DNA from: Nymphaea colorata
Lineage: Eukaryota
Length of the DNA: 64,000 bases
Direction: 5' to 3'
NCBI RefSeq assembly: GCF_008831285.2
Contig: NC_045138.2
Coordinates: forward strand, 2,356,001 to 2,420,000
Positions 40,283 to 53,760 of this stretch are shown one piece after another. The notes below the pieces were generated by a model, which did no database searches, was not told the DNA's origin, and was given only the letters and a program-made list of their open reading frames with translations. How positions within the stretch are numbered: position 1 is the first letter of the stretch; the number at the start of each line of letters is the position of its first letter. Made by a program: the position numbers and the translations under genes.

Positions 40283-42118
40283 GCTGTGGCAACTCGAGCT
40301 GCCGCCCAAGCGCAAGAAAAAAACTCGCAGAAAACCACCGTTGCCTGAAAAAAAAGGAAGGAAAACGAAGAAAATAAGCAAAAACAACTCCATATTTCAC
40401 GGAGCCTGATTGCTTCATTAACAGAAAGGGTAAAAAAGGGTAAAAGGAAAAACATCAAGCAGCTAAGAGGTCACCGACCAGGAATCGGCTTTCGAACACG
40501 GAAAAGTAAACAAAGCGCAAACGCAAAAGAAGAAACCTAAAAACCTCTGCTCGCCGGAAAACCTCCCGTCCTTCTTGCCGTTCCGGGACCGATTGGACGA
40601 CTCGAAGCTCAAACCGTGGGAAGGAAGAAAGAAAGAGAGAGAGAGAGAGGGAGAGAGGAAGCGGGGAGGAGAAGCGGGGTTATTGACGGCCGATCAAAAT
40701 CCAAGGGTCGATGATTCCGTCTTCTTCATCAGGACTCCTCTGGACCGTCGGATCAGAAGAAAAGGAAGCGGAATCGGGAGAAACGCGGGGTAATAACTGA
40801 ATTTCAAAATTTCATGTTCGTCAATCAGCCACGCGGAAATTCAATACCCCCATATCTTTAAGAAATTACAACATGCCATTCCCACTTTCTACCTATTTCC
40901 ACTTCCAACCCAATTAATTGGATTCCACTTTGGATCCTATCCGGGATCGGATTCGGATTTGTATATAAGAAATACAAAACCGTATTTCTTCCACCGGGTC
41001 CATTCCTTAGGCCTGGCTAGGATCTAGTTCTTACCATATCCAGCTAACCAGATGTTGCTTTGTTCTCATTTGGATCCAGATATGAAAATTAGATAAAAAA
41101 TACAACCATTTGAAACATTTGGGGCTGGAGGGTATGTATGGCATCTTTGGATCTCGTATTTGAAAGCGGATCTGAAATCCATATTATGTCGCAAGCAGCA
41201 GATCTCAACAGGATCTCAAATCCACATTACATGTTAAAAACTACAATCATGGAGAGAAATAGAATGGAAAATGAATTGAATGGAAATGAAAGGAAAGGAA
41301 AGATATGATTATAAAACTTGTTTAGATAGAAATGAAAGAAAATGTTAAAATCATGTTTGTTTGGACTACATAAAAAAAATAAAATGATAGAATTTATAAT
41401 ATTTTATATACATAAAAAAATGAAATGATAGAATTTATAATATTTTATAATAATGTCCCTAACATTCAAAATGTTTAAAAAATTGAAAGGTTTCCTTTCT
41501 AGTGGAGCCTCGGTCGTGTGTTCAATGGAAAGTCCATGCTCCATACTTTTGAGAGAGTGTCAACTGGTTGGGTTTGACCCAAACTCAACTCATACTGAAC
41601 TCAAATTTGTCGAACTTTGGTCAAAAGGGGTTCTGTTTGAACGGAACTCATGACCTCGATTTAGTACAGTTTTTGTAAAAAAAAAAGTCTGATTAATATA
41701 GATGTAGCAACAAAACTGGGTTCAACAATTTTGACAAAATTAAATCTTTTTTTTTTTTATGAACGATCTATGTCATATTATAGAAACTAGCCGCTTAAAT
41801 TCATGTTGTAGCGGAGTATTGGACTATATATATTTGTATCGAAGACTTCTTTTTGTTGTTATATGTCATGTGGATGGTTAAAAATTTAAAAACTAAAAAT
41901 CTTATAATGTTAAAGACACTATGAATCGTTGCCAAAAATATTATCACTTGTTGAATCATAAGTTGTCACTAATTCTCATGTAAATGTTGTTTTTTAATAA
42001 TAAATTTTTAAAATTTAGTCATCGAACAACACCCAATAACAAATGGAACGAAGAGACATTCCCATGAACTCCCTAAAACATGAACCAAACCCAAGTCCAT
42101 ACAGCTAAAACCAAGAGG

Positions 42119-42622
42119 TAGGGTTGAACACGAGCCGAGTCGACCCAGAGTTCAGTCAGCTCCAGCTTGGCTCGACTAATGAAACCTCGAGCATGAGAAT
42201 AACTTGACGGAAGCAGCTGGAGCTCGTCTAGGCAATTACATGTTGAACTCAAGCTTGACTCGATTAAGGCTCAATAAACTCATTCGAATATAATTGATAT
42301 TCCTCGTTACTAGTTGAGCTCAAGCTCGATTCTATTAAAGCTCGACAAACTCATTTGAATAGAATTGATATTCATCGTTACATGTTGAGCTCGAACTCGA
42401 TTAAAGCTCGATAAACTCGTAAACTAATTTGAATATACTGACTTGATTAAGGCTCAACAAACCCGATTAAGGCTCAAGCTCGACTCAGCAGTTACGTGTT
42501 GAACTCGAACTCAACTCAATTATTTAAACAAGTCAACTCATAAACTCAAACTCGACTCATTGAGCAAATGACTCAACTCGAACTCATTTACGAGCCGAGC
42601 TTTAACGAGACGTTCACCCTTA
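42119..42622. mobile_element. hAT-like MITE in the promoter of the prolamin-like gene
   Basis: Termini TAGGGTTGAAC / GTTCACCCTTA. Perfect 8-bp TSD CCAAGAGG at 42111-42118 and 42623-42630. Confidence 0.88.
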
Positions 42623-42839
42623 CCAAGAGGTGCACCCACCTTGGGTTTATCAAATTTTGAGGGTCACAAAAGTAGGGTGTGATCCGCTGCACCCACCTTC
42701 CGGCGGTCCATGCTCGTGCCAGCCATAACCTCTGAAACCGGCCATTTTTCACACCTTAACTCACAATAAATACAATGAATGCTGGAAAACGGCCCGGCCA
42801 TTTTAACGACCATTAGTTGCTGAATGCCAATCGGAAAAC

Positions 42840-42847
42840 TATATAAA
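42840..42847 (+). promoter_or_regulatory. TATA box of the prolamin-like gene
   Basis: TATATAAA 70 nt upstream of the ATG at 42910. Confidence 0.65.
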
Positions 42848-42909
42848 GTTGAGCCACCGTTGAGAGAAAGCCCACAACAAGTGCATCTCTTCCGCAAAGA
42901 GTAAAGACC

Positions 42910-43275
42910 ATGGACAAGGCGTTGCTCATGGTGTTGCTGGCGTTGGTGTCGTTGGCCGTGCACCAGCACGGCCGGGCCCAGGCCGTGCCGGTAGAATGGA
43001 CGCCTCGAATCCCCGTAGACACGCTGCCCATTCCCCAGCGGCTGGGGCATATCCTTAAGTGTGTTAACTCGCTGGCCTTCTATGCCAGGGAGTACACTCT
43101 CTTTGTGGAGAAGGCCTGGGACGGCGATGTCAGCGAGTCGGCCTGCCGGAGCCTGGTCAATCTCCACCCCCTTTGCCGGCGCAAGCTCCACTTTTTCCTG
43201 GGCCTGCCCGTGGAAGGAATCTTCAGGCTAAAAGCTTTCTGCTATGAGAAAGTAAAAAGGGTCGGCAGCCCATGA
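42910..43275 (+). CDS. Small secreted prolamin-like / EC1-type cysteine-containing protein, 121 aa, intronless
   Basis: Hydrophobic signal peptide (MDKALLMVLLALVSLAV), GC-rich ORF with accATGG context, TATATAAA at 42840-42847. The pattern KCVNSL...SACRSLVNLHPLC...FRLKAFC matches the prolamin-like domain layout (C..SL...CC.AI..I...C...LK..C) with two Cys missing. Confidence 0.75.
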   Translation: MDKALLMVLLALVSLAVHQHGRAQAVPVEWTPRIPVDTLPIPQRLGHILKCVNSLAFYAREYTLFVEKAWDGDVSESACRSLVNLHPLCRRKLHFFLGLPVEGIFRLKAFCYEKVKRVGSP

Positions 43276-45109
43276 GCACCATCGACCTGCACGCAACAGA
43301 AAAAGAAGTTCCTCGTTGGACCTTCTCTCTCTCTCTCTCTCTCTCTCTAAGTGGTTGACTCGTGCTTGGTTGGGTACTTAGCGGCATCTACGGGGTGGAT
43401 ATTTTTGGGTGTGTTAATAATAAATGGAATTTTTTTCATTTTGTGCTCGTTAAGAGTAAAGTTCAGGTCACCCATTGCATGATTTTACCAATGTAAAATA
43501 CCAGGTGTTATTGGGAAGCAGGGACAAAATTCATGAGACACTGACAACGTGCCCCTTCTGTCCGCCGACGGCATGCTTGTCTTTCTTGGGAAGATCTGAA
43601 ATCTGTGCTTTGCAGGACCTATAATTTAAACAAATAACAGATATTGATGTTACGAGATATCTTATATGCATGTTTGTGTTATGATATATTTTATATACAT
43701 GTTTGCATGCTATAACCTCTTATATTAGGTTCCGAATAACAGACAAACATATTTAATTCTACAAATAAAAAATGGGAATGGCCCAGTTCTCAGCTGCATG
43801 CTTCTAAAATCAAGCAGATGCCAAGTTTCTTTCTAACTGGCTCATGCAATGGATGGCAGCTTCTCCTAGTCAGATTGTAGATTCTACTGGTCAGAAAATG
43901 ATAGGTACTTTCTCAATTATGCATTTGCATACCATACTGGCTCTTTAAAAAAATTGTACACAGAATGGGAGTAAACTAACTTAACTGAAAAGGGGAAAGC
44001 ACCAGAAAGCTGTTTCAGTCATGAAAAGAGGAATGTGTAAAAACATGTTCAGATTGAAGAGGGAACGTTACGTGCTTGGCAGTAAGCCTGCTTCTGGAAC
44101 CAGAGAACTCCATGCCTCTCTCACTGGAAGATTTCGACCAAACTCACTTCCAATCAAAATTTCATTTCCTGTGATGTGAAGCTAAGTTCTCCATTTTTTT
44201 TTTTTTTAATTTTAAAACTCTTGGTAGTCTTTCATTGTTTTCATTTCCCTCACTTTCTTAAAGTTTCATATTTCTCCCATTAAATATATGACTTTTCATT
44301 ATCGTGATGTAACTCCCAATTTTGGTACTACAAGCCTTTCAGATCAATGTTCATGTCCTCTCATTTTTTCTCTTCATTTCAATTATCTACTGTTCTGAGT
44401 TTCCCGCTTATATTATTTTATAGTGTTGGTAGCTTCATAGCATTTACAGTCCCCTGCTTCCACTTTTGTCATCCTAATATCCATTGTGTAATCATAAACA
44501 TGGAACAAAGAAAAGATCTTTTCAGAACCAGCAATTCTAGACAATTTGCGTAGCTACACCTTAAATAGACCACCTGGCCTGAAAATAACATGAATAAATC
44601 ATATGGAACGTCAGTTTTCTGAAGATCAGGCCATGTATAGCATAATAAACTAATAACAAAATCAAATTTATCTTATGACATTAACCCTGTCCGTCTGATG
44701 GTCCAAAGTAGGAACAGATACTAATCTAGCAAGATCTATGTGTCTACAGTTTACATAATAACAGACAATCTCCATATTACATGGTAATTTAACTTACCAA
44801 AGGATACAGCAAAGAATTAGTAACAGATAAGCTCAGAAAACTTGTCAAACTCATGAGTGTGCGTGTGAGCAAAACCGAGTACCCAATACCTTTCATCAAC
44901 ATGTCCAGCAATTCCTTTCAGTGAGAACCCAAAGTCATGTATGCAAGCCAGCGGTGCTCAATGCGCTTTCAGTAAGAGGTCATACACGGCAGTTTTCAAT
45001 TCATCCATGTCAGCAGCAAAATGACAATCTTAATCATAGGCCAAAATTCCAATCTCTGAATGGTCCCCATCGATACCATAGCTGCTCTGTGAAGCCATAG
45101 TGCATAGAG

Positions 45110-48100
45110 CTAACGTCCAGTTTTAGCACGCTTCATGCCTGTACTGTTAAAGGGTGAGACACTTGGACTCATATGTGGGCTCTCCTCTCTAAGAGTACCA
45201 TTCAGCAAAGCCAGTTCTCTCAACTGCTGCTTCTTGTAGTAATCTAAGGATTCATCCTGTGAACAAGTGAATGATGAATAAATACACAAAAAATCCAGAA
45301 GTTAAGAGAGAGAGAGAGAGAGAGAAAGAGAGGAGAAATAGTGAATAACAAATAACCTGAGCCTGAAACATCCTATGCCTTAGTTCATATCTGGTCCAAG
45401 TTAACCATGATTCTGGGCTAGAGATATAGCAAGTCATTAAGTATAGCTGGTTGCAACTGCAAACCAGAGTATGTATGGACAGAACACAGTTCCAGAATAA
45501 TCTAAGGGTTGGGGTTCCAAGTCAATTAGTGAGAAAAGCTATCTCGAGTTTGCCAATTAATTGCCTATTTTTCTAAATGGCGGAACATTCCATGGCTTCA
45601 GGCTGTTTCAGGAAGGTTCACAGTCCACATAACACCACGTTAAACAAGCCCTTTTCAGCAGTAAGATCTCATGACCTAGCCCCTTGCTTATGAGGAAAAT
45701 GCTCTATTGTAGGCGACATTGCAGGGGCACACAAAGTGGGGGAATCAAGAGCAACGTATTTGCCATGGCATAGGCAATTATGCATCTCCAAAACCCACGT
45801 GAGATGGATCCATGGTCATCCAACTTAATTGAACTTAAGTAATAAGGAACTCGCGTTTTCAGTACCACTGGCTTTAAGAGATCCTCCAGTATCGCAACAG
45901 CATGATTTAGTTTTGAATCAATCACATTGGCAGGCAATTTCGCTTCCACAAGGACATGCAATGGTTCATTTAGATGTTCATACCCAGGTTTGTCCCTCAG
46001 TTTCTCTTCCTGCATATACAAATTCAATATATTAGGTCAAAGACAAAACATGAACAGTCATGTGGCTTGATATAGAAATGTGGTCAAAAGTACAAAACTT
46101 GGATATAGCTACCATTACATGCGCAAGCAAAAAAGAGGTCAAAAATTAAGTGTTGAGAAATTGAGGCAAAGTCCAGCAAGTTTTAATAGTGAAAATATTC
46201 ACATTTCACAATGATAATCAGCAACTGAAATGAGCATACTGATAAAAACAGTGAACCACGTGGATGATTAATCAAAAATGACAAAATGGCAGGCCTGATC
46301 TGTATAATCTGACTGCCTACATGAACAGCATGATACTCAGGTCCACGTTGGACCGAGCATGCAGAACTTTTTTTGTCTCTTCATAGAGTATCAAAATTTA
46401 TCTGGGAACCCCAGGAGGTCTAAGCCACTGCAAGAAAATATTAAAATGGAAAAACACAAAAGAGGCAGAGATAAGAAAGACAGTGCCTGAGCAGCTGAAG
46501 TACTTTGTCACATCTCGATCAGAAAAAAGGATAAGATGATAATACCTTTACAGTGTCTTTCACTGACCCTCGACCTCTTATATACACTCTACACTGCGTT
46601 GTAGCTTCAACCCTCTTCAAAGAGTTCCCCTTGGTCCTAGGAGTCGACCAACAAAATTATACTAGCAAGGCAGAAACAAAGAGAAGTAGAAAATATCAAC
46701 AAAACAAAGAGGCTGACATTTACTCCTGCATTATTTGCTAATCAAATTTCACTCAAGTACATACATTGGGAAATTTATCCACAGGAACGTCCAATCTTAC
46801 AACTTTTGTCACGGCAGGAGGAGTAGGAAGTCCAGGCGCTCCATGCCAACCCATTGGAGATGCTTGCAAGATGTTCATCCTCTGAATGAAACCATTTTCC
46901 TGAAAAAATGATCCAAACATTGATGCCAGTAATCTAAACATGCACAACCTTTCGATAGTTCAACCATAAAAGGAAATAGAAAACCAGGTCAGTAAATGGA
47001 GAAGCATAAACAGCTAGGAAATAGCTAAATCTCTAGACAGTGCTTTTGCAAGTATTAAACTGTTTTGATTATCCCAAATGTTTTAAGGCAATGATACTAA
47101 CCCATTAACATCTTGCAACTGCACTAGTAATGCATATTAGAATATGTCGCAGTAAAGTCCATTCTCTTAATCCCTCAACAGTATATCCTAATCTCATCAA
47201 TATGAATATGTGAAATATACAAATACAGGAATGTACAACAAGATCTAGCAAGCTAGATGTGATGGTTAGTCAGGTAGCATCAGATATATTCAACCAACGG
47301 AACATAACGAGAATCAGATCCACTTCTCCATGGAAACAAAAGAAAATGGAGGTAAACTAATATCACCAATACCTCAGTCTGCATGCCTGGCCATCCTTCC
47401 AAATCCATTGCTGTACCATTTGGGAGTAAGCCTCCTGATGGCAAAGGACTCCCATGATCCATTCTATCATGGTCAATGAAACCTTGACTAGATGCCAACC
47501 CAGAAGCACGAACAATTTCTGCAGTGGGAAAAATGAGTCATATGGCATAGCCTTCTCTGTAAAGGCAACTGAGAAAAAAAATTCATCGACACATTAGCAT
47601 GGAACTGCGGCTGAAACAAGATCCCTTGTCTTTGTTTTTGCAGCCAACAAAGCATAGTCAAGATTTGAGATACATTTACCATGAAAGTCAACACGAAAAA
47701 GCAATGGAGAAACTGTAAAGGAGGACGAAGGACATTGATGGCAAAGCAACAATTGAAGCCATAGCTTGAGTAGCTTATAAAAAGACCAACTTGAACACCA
47801 TTACAACTCAGTGGACGATAACTCATATGCTCATCGAAGAAACCACTTCCAATATTTATCCCTCTGCATCCTCATAACTATATCCATAGACATTAGAAGT
47901 CTGTCTAGATTAATCAGTGTCAAAGCATAGGGGTTTATTTTTGTATTTGAACAAAGCAAAAGAAAAATGCAGTCATCGAACTAGAGCAGCACAGACATGA
48001 TAAGCATGCAAAATAGCTTATCATATCATCACAACCAAGAACTTTAACAGGCATTCAAACCAACAAAGATTGTAACAGTAAAATATCAAGTCAAGAGAAT

Positions 48101-49688
48101 TAAAACAGGAAAATAACATCAAAATAATCACCAGATGGTCCAAGCCAATGATCCCAGAACCACCTCCACCAGGCTGTCCAGCCAAAAAAGACTAAAATTA
48201 TCACCAGATGTAACAAAGACCACTCCCCACTTACACCTCCACTAAACTCGAGTACTGCTGTAGGTTGTGGTCTTAGCGGTCCCATCCTCAATAGTTAATA
48301 AAAAGCATTTATTAGAAGAGATGATTGAACGGGACAAGTCATTAAAGTCAGAAAAAAAGTTCCCAAAGGTAGGCACCAGCAGTCCAATCAGAGCCTGAAA
48401 TAACTCCTGAATCAGAATCGTTATAATAAAATTTTTGGCAAGATTAGAGCCTATCTAAGTTGTAGAAACACCAGTTTAATGAAATTTCCCAATGACAAGG
48501 TACTGATATATTCCAAACAAACATACCATATGAACAACGTCTGATGATACAAACTAAGCATGGGAGTAACACGACTTGACGAGCATAACCTATCTTATCT
48601 TAATCGTTAAGTTTCCGAACGAAAGAAATAAAAGATAGTAGGGGAGAAGGGAAGAAGAAGCACACCCCAGCATCTTTAACTATACTTAAGTACATTAATA
48701 AGCAGAAAAAATGCTGTATAGCTCGACTTACAAATGTACACTGGGAGAATTAAGCAGGTAAATGCAACTCTAACCAATGGTTAAAGAACCTACCTTGGTT
48801 CAATAAACGACTACAAAGAGGCAGAACTTGCATAAACGGCCCCAGTTTCTGTCTCTCTGCCAACAATTCAGCTAAATACCTATTGCCGCTGCGCCATATC
48901 AGAAAGGAACCACAAACAGATTACAAAAAAGATAGAACCTGTTAGAAAAAATTTTTTAGAGAAAAAGAAAAAGGTCAGCGCCAACACATGCATACATGAA
49001 TTGATACGAACTATGAGCTCTATCACGGAGAACATGAAGGACGGCGAAACAAATGGAGCAGTTGTGCATCAAGCAGAAAAATGAGAAGAAAAAACCAGGA
49101 TCGGCAACATAAACCCCAGAACCAGTACAATCAATGGTTTCTGTCAAGATCACAAGATGTGATGAAGAATAAACTTGGAGATCGCATGCATGCAGATGCT
49201 GGGAACAATTGAACGAACTAAAAACTAAAAGAAACAAGCTCACTCATTCTAAAAACCATCGATAGATACAAATGAGTGAAGAAAACAGACAGTGCAGATC
49301 ACGACCACCAAGAAAACATCAAAGGACTCAAACCCGGTTCCAAGAAAATCAAAATCGTTATAAGCTACAAGAAAATGAACCGATGCGCGCAATCAGATTA
49401 CTAGAAACTAATCAAAGAACTATAAATGGTACCCCAGAAATTTACAAAACAGCAAAACGCCAATCAGAGAAACCCAGCAATCAAGAAACAAAAGCAACTA
49501 AAAGACACCGAGGACCCAAAACACAACCGGATCGACGTGAGCAGTGGAAGAAGATCCCAGTACCAAACTGACCTCTCATGATCCATCGACGCCGTCGACG
49601 CCCTCATTGTATTGAACGGCGAAGACTGAACTCCAGAAGGGGAGTACTGGAAATAGGTGCCGGGTGGGATTCTGTCATTCATAGCCAT
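45110..49688 (-). CDS. STAR/Quaking-like KH-domain RNA-binding protein (about 296 aa if corrected); exons 49688-49573, 48879-48794, 47518-47373, 46899-46765, 46661-46546, 46009-45866, 45256-45110; 1-nt deletion in exon 5 as sequenced
   Basis: QUA1-like [32 protein letters not shown] domain [23 protein letters not shown][N][23 protein letters not shown], then [18 protein letters not shown]2 [21 protein letters not shown]-terminal MKRAKTGR*. Exon 5 is 116 nt where 117 is needed. Confidence 0.88.
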
Positions 49689-50108
49689 GGCAACCAGCTA
49701 ACTGTCACTGCCTACCTCCGTTCTCTTCGTCTTTTCCCCTGATGGGTCTTCTCTGTTTTCCCTTCTTCGAAAGGATAAAGAGATAAGATCGGCAGGAAGA
49801 AAACAGTCGGAGAGATTCACGGAGACGATGACAGAGAACGAGATTCAGGAGTATCAGAAAAACCTAGACTCTTCGAGAGGCCAATCAAACTCTCTCTCTC
49901 TATACATATATCTCTCTCCCCCTTCTTCTCCTCTTCTCTCTGTATCTATTGCATTTTCCTTTCCTTCTTCTTCTTCTGCTTTTATCTTTTTCTAAGGATA
50001 GAGAGAGACACTCTGCTCCAATGTGGGCGCCTCTCGCTTCTCCCTCTCTGGAGAGGTCCACTGCCCTCAAAACGAGGGCCTTGGATTCGTTTAGGCTGCG
50101 GGTTACTG

Positions 50109-50131
50109 TATATATTAGATCCTCACACGTG
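50109..50131 (-). promoter_or_regulatory. Candidate core promoter of the KH gene: TATA-like tract plus G-box
   Basis: TATATATT at 50109-50116 and CACGTG at 50126-50131, upstream of a GA-rich leader. Confidence 0.4.
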
Positions 50132-50896
50132 CGAACCGAAGGGCTCTGCATGGCGTGATGTCATCATACTCCACACAATACATCGTCTGCGCGTGCGAGC
50201 CGTCTCGCCATGATAAAATGAACTTTTCGTTCAAGGACCAGTCTTCTGCCCTTAATTCCCTGAAAGGTCCGCCGATTTTAATTTTCTAGATTAAAGTTTA
50301 TTTGGAGAAAGCACCCTCGACTTTCTTTGGGTCCAATTTCATAAAAAGAGAGTACCATTGAATTTGAACCAATGGCTAGCTACCTACCAATAAGCGACCC
50401 AACCAATTGTCGTTAAATCCAAATTTAGCTCTCGTGCTTTCATTCCATCCTAACAATCTTATATGAACTTATAGATTCGAAATATGTTTGAGTTTTGCTC
50501 GCAATAAGTTTATATGTTTTAATACACAAATTTACTGCTATTTTTATTTTCTATAAGACAATTCATATGAAGAATCTTTTATATACAAGACACTTAAGTG
50601 CTATAATGATAATGAAAAAAATCAGCGTTTATATAGTAAACTTTTTTTTTTCATTGTAGTTCCATTAAATGATTGATATGAAAAACAAATCAAGGGCTGA
50701 AATTATTTTTTTTATCTATTTAACATCCATCCAAGTGTCTGGTATCAATAGACTTGTCATTCAAATGCACCGTTCAATTTTAAAGATATAGAAAAAAGTT
50801 GAGTAAATTTACTTTTACATGCTTTTATAAAGCTCTTGTAAAAGCTGACAACCGGCCTGACGGACTTACTAGCTGGGTTGGGTCAAGCCTGATCGA

Positions 50897-51365
50897 TAGG
50901 GCTGTTCATGAGCGAGTTTGAGCTGAGTTGAGTCAACTCAAACTTGGCTCGTGTGTCTTGAAAGGAACTTGAACTTGGCTTACGCTCGGCTCGAGTTTGA
51001 TTTCATTAGCTCGAGCTCGACTCGGTTTGATTAAGTTCGCCGAAGATGGGCTTGAGCCGAGCTAAGGATTACATTAAAAAAATTATGTTTTTAAAGGAAG
51101 AGGCATCATATAGACTTGAACATGGAACCTCCTACATACTGTATACCAATTTGAGCTATCTACTTTTTATATTTTATATATTTTCCTTCTCGAGCTTAAA
51201 TGAGTTTAACCGAGCCAAGCCCACTTAACTTGAGCTCAACTCGTTTAGGTTGTCGAGTTCATTTCTTAACTCAAACTCGACTCGTTTAATAAATGAGTCG
51301 AGTTCAAGTCAAGTTTATAGAACGAGTTCGAATCTAGCTCTAGCTCGACTAGTTCAACAGCCTGA
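50897..51365. mobile_element. hAT-like MITE carrying an internal tRNA-like (Pol III A/B box) segment
   Basis: Termini TAGGGCTGTT / AACAGCCTGA, degenerate flanks CTGATCGA / CTGACCAA. It sits between two copies of the short direct repeat ACTTACYAGYTGGGTTGGGTCAAGCCTG. Confidence 0.75.
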
Positions 51366-53479
51366 CTGACCAACTTACCAGTTGGGTTGGGTCAAGCCTG
51401 GTGTTTAGGACCTAAAAGTATGACTTTCTACTTTAAAGTGCTCCATAGCCAGATATCTACCGTTTAACTTGCACTGATGACTTAGTAAATTAACACCACT
51501 GGCTAATAAACAAATATTTGTACATAACAAATTAAGTGTTTTGTATAAAATAATTTATGTTAACTTGTTGTTTGAGTTTCTAATTTGTTTGGTTTATATT
51601 TTACAAGTCGGTCAGCGCCAATTATATTCAAGATCCCTTTATTTTGAATCATGCCAACGACTTGACTAAATTGGCATTCCTTATGTATGAAACCTAGCAT
51701 TGTTAATATAATAACTTCATAACATATCGTACCAGCCATTACGTATCGTATGAATCTCTTAGTGAAAGAATACATGTTAACTAGTCAACTTTTTAATTAA
51801 TACTATGTTAGCTAGTCATGTTCCATTATCTATGGAATAATAGTATAATACATATGTTTTCATATTTTTAAAGGTAGATTAGGTAAGTTTTTTCACTTAT
51901 TTAACAAAGTCAGTTTCATTAATCATGAAAGAACCCAGCCATTTTTCTAATAATTTCAAAAACCAGGTCCTAATGCCTACTTTGGGAAAACTAAAAAAAA
52001 ATAAAACAATTACCTTTCATATAAAAAAAATGGCGTGGTTAAGAAAAATGTTTTAAAATATGAAATCTGTACTTGGATCTAGAGCAGAGCGTCAGCTTCC
52101 ATTAATTTACTCTGTGCATAGTTTAGGCATTCAATTTGAATATGGATACTATCGGTTGGATTTCTTAAAGAACAGTTTGACTTTATCAACAACATGTGAA
52201 TGTTTCGTAAATTTGCCTGAAAATGAACGCAGCTTAAGTGTTTCATGAATTTACCTCAATTTGGAGGCAGACTCTTAAAACACTTGCATATTATTTTTAA
52301 TGCCAAATTGATAACTAATTGGTACTTTTGACAAATAGAATGATATTTATCTATCTCATGATTATGGTCAAAAAATTAGAGCAGATACATGAAAAAAAAA
52401 TTAGGCATTCAATTTGAATATGGATACTATCCGGTTCAAAATTCGAATTCAGATATAAATATAAAAAAATCATATTCAAATTGTAAATCAAACTTCAGAT
52501 TCGAATATGACTTCTTTTTATTCAAATTCGAATTCGAATATGTGAATACCCGAAAAAACAGATATGATTAAGGATATATCTCATCTGAATCTGATTGTTG
52601 ACATCCCTACCTATATTGAACCCGACCCAAACCAAATCACCCACCAAAATGATAAACCAGTAAAGTGTGACTCATGGTTCATTATAATTGGGTATTAAAT
52701 TAGTTTAATTTGTCACTTGTTCAACTCCAATAAGCCAAACAAACTGGTTTTCACAACATTTGGATGATCTAAAGGTGGCCGGTTATTAAAAAGGCAATAT
52801 AACAAAAATATGGTAGCTTTTCAATAACTTAGGCCAAAAAAGTTTGGCGCATCGGCTTGAGCCAGTGGCTGGTAGGTGGCTAGTCACTAGTTCAATAAGG
52901 GTTTGACCCTTGCGCAAGCTAGTCTATGACAGGACGACCGGGGTAAAAAATGACTTGTGGGTTCTAGCCCGGCGATAAAAGGCACATTTGATTGCCCTTA
53001 TCTTCATTAGATATTATATTTAAGATAAGACCTTCATTCTTGTGACCTTAAATCATACATTTCTTAATGCAAAAAAAGGCAAAATAAAAATTTCAAGTAT
53101 GGATTCCAAGTTAAACCTAAGAGTTATGAATTTTATCGTGGATCTTTCATCAGCAATAAGTTTGATAGGTTATGAATTTTATCATGGATTTTTATCACAT
53201 CAGCAAAAGCATGTCACATCATATCTACATCAAATCTGCAAAACTGGATATGAATACGAAGTCATCAAAGGCCGCCAAAGTCTTCCCACAAGGATGACTT
53301 CCTTCAAAATCGTAAAAAAGAAAACCCATTAATTGCAAGAAGTATTTGTAGAAAGATGGAATACATTGCAAGATCCAAGAACAATGAAAAATAGAAAAAA
53401 GTAAAGGAAAACGATAAATTTTTTTATTTAGGATATAAATACATTATTCCATTATATTATGATAACCTTAGCTCATTTA

Positions 53480-53760
53480 CTGTAGTTACTGCCAAGTTTT
53501 GATTGTCCCTCGGTTAAGAAAATCTTCGTGATTTGAGATCCATGAATTTAAGATAGAACACTATCCTAGCCAGATCCGAGGTCATAGGCTGCATCGACGT
53601 TAGCAACAATAACGGTGCACCTTTTGTATCTTTTGATTCCCTGAATCAAATCATCATCTTTAGGATGATCCGGTATTTGTCCGATACCATTTGTATCGGC
53701 CCATGCTTCATCCTACCACTCAACAAGAGTGCCGAAGTTCCATCATTCCCTCCATTCCGG
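53480..53760 (-). mobile_element. Possible degraded LINE RNase H fragment
   Basis: The - strand reads TVIVANVDAAYDLGSG* (NVDAA at 53601-53587), similar to the K.NVDAA motif of plant LINE RNase H. Stop codons follow. Confidence 0.3.
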
